Shown here in pieces: positions 37,463 through 38,876 of a stretch of DNA of 38,876 nucleotides. Every line of letters begins with the position of its first letter. Positions within the stretch are counted from its first letter, which is position 1. A model generated the notes under the pieces. That model was not told the origin of the DNA. It saw only the letters and a list, made by a program, of their open reading frames with translations, and did not search any database. The translations under genes were made by a program, and so were the position numbers. The stretch comes from Shigella phage CT02. The stretch lies in sequence record OP917825. The stretch is one strand, 5' to 3'.

Positions 37463-38876
37463 AGGAGGTCACATGGCTACAACTATTAAGACCGTGATGA
37501 CTTACCCGCTGGATGGCTCCACTACGGACTTCAATATTCCGTTTGAGTATCTGGCTCGTAAGTTCGTCCGAGTGACACTTATCGGCGTTGACCGAAAGGA
37601 ACTCACCTTGAATCAAGACTATCGTTTTGCAACTAAGACCACAATCTCCACAACGAGAGCACTGGGGCCAGCGGACGGTTATAACATGATTGAAATCCGT
37701 CGATTCACCTCCGCTACCGATAGGCTGGTTGACTTCACCGATGGTTCAATCCTACGAGCATACGACTTGAACATCTCACAGGTGCAGACGCTACACGTTG
37801 CAGAAGAGGCTCGTGACTTAACGGCTGATACCATTGGTGTGAACAACGATGGCAACCTTGATGCTCGTGGTCGTCGTATCATAAACGTAGCTGATGGTGT
37901 TGACCTCGGTGATGTTATCACTTTAGGTCAAGTCACTCGGTGGAACGAATCGGCACTGACCTCAAAGAACGCCGCAAAAGTCTCTGAGACCAACGCAAGG
38001 GCTTCCGAGAACAATGCGAAAACCTCTGAGACCAACGCAAAGAACTCTGAGAACCTAGCGCACGATTGGGCTCAGAAGGCCGAGGACGCTCCGGTGGCTG
38101 GATCTGAGTATTCCGCTTATCATTATTCCCGTAAGGCATCAACTAGTTCTACTGCGGCTGCTTCGAGTGCTGCTGCAAGTCTGGCCTCTCAGAACGCTGC
38201 GAAGGTCTCCGAGGATAAAGCCAAGGTCTCAGAGCAAAACGCTAAGGCTTCTGAGGTTTCCGCTAAGGCTGATGCTGAGCGAGCAGAACGTGAGGCTGAT
38301 AAGCTGGGTAACATGAACAACCTAGCAGCAAACATTGAGAGCGCGTCCGTTGACCCAAACGTTGTAATCTTCAAGGGTCGAGTGGTGTCTCGTGGTGATA
38401 TAATGGCTGCGACAAACCTACGCGGAGAACCCGCTGGTGGTACATGGTGGGGTACTCAAAGCCTAGTGTCTGTCGTGGAGGTTAACGGTAGGAAGCGTAT
38501 GCAGACACAACTGTATGCTGAGGGAACCGCTGGTGTAGATGACCGTAAGACTACGATAGCGTCCTATGAGTATGATTCCAATGAGAGAATTACTCGCTCA
38601 TCATATGTACACCTAATGCACAACACCTCTCGATGGTGGTCTAGGCAACACGGTGCTCTCGGTTATCAGACTGGATGGGACGACCCTACAAATAGCCGAC
38701 AGGCTCCCTATTGGGTAGACGATGTGGTAAATAATAACGATGGATGGGTTCCTGCGCTGTCTGTTCACTCAAGCTCAACTGGAGGATACCCTATCAGGGC
38801 TACTCAGGGTATCATTTCGCGTGGCCCTAACACTTGGCCAGACTTTGGTGTTCGCTTGTGTGGCGATAGGGGTAAG
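37463..38876 (+). CDS. Tail fiber (gene 17), N-terminal part; runs off the window end
   Basis: ATG 37463 after RBS AAGGAGG; first ~150 aa resemble the recalled T3/T7 gp17 tail-attachment domain (NIPFEYLARKFV.VTLIGVDRK...RLVDFTDGSILRAYDLN); no stop before the window end. Confidence 0.9.
37965..38290 (+). repeat. Imperfect tandem repeats encoding the coiled-coil heptad shaft of the fiber
   Basis: TCTGAGACCAACGCAA at 37983 and 38025 (42-bp spacing); encoded repeats AKVSETNARASENNAKTSETNAKNSEN and AKVSEDKAKVSEQNAKASEVSAKA. Confidence 0.6.

Overview
This window is a near-complete genome of a strictly lytic T7-superfamily podophage of the T3 type (Autographiviridae), linearised at an arbitrary point. 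It opens in the 3' end of the tail-fiber gene and closes in the 5' part of the same gene. All convincing genes are on the + strand in the canonical order: 17.5 holin, 18, 18.5/18.7 spanins, 19 terminase, 19.5, concatemer junction, sigma70 early promoters, 0.3 SAM-degrading enzyme, 0.7 kinase, gene 1 RNA polymerase, ligase, SSB, endonuclease I, lysozyme, primase-helicase, DNA polymerase, exonuclease, portal, scaffold, capsid, tail tube, internal virion proteins, tail fiber. Fifteen copies of the T3-class phage promoter (consensus AATTAACCCTCACTAAAGGGAGA) are visible, plus three sigma70 early promoters, a family of RNase III-type hairpins, a Tphi-like terminator and CCTAAAG repeat arrays at the genome end. 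No tRNA, CRISPR array, integrase or lysogeny module was seen. Protein identifications rest on recalled similarity to T7/T3 proteins, not on any search. I found no clear-cut novel defence or anti-defence system. The departures from a plain T3 backbone most worth follow-up are a mosaic tail fiber carrying a C-terminal self-cleaving chaperone domain, two paralogous HNH endonuclease genes sitting between essential genes, a cluster of small early ORFs of unknown function, and a small AT-rich ORF between paired promoters downstream of gene 1.
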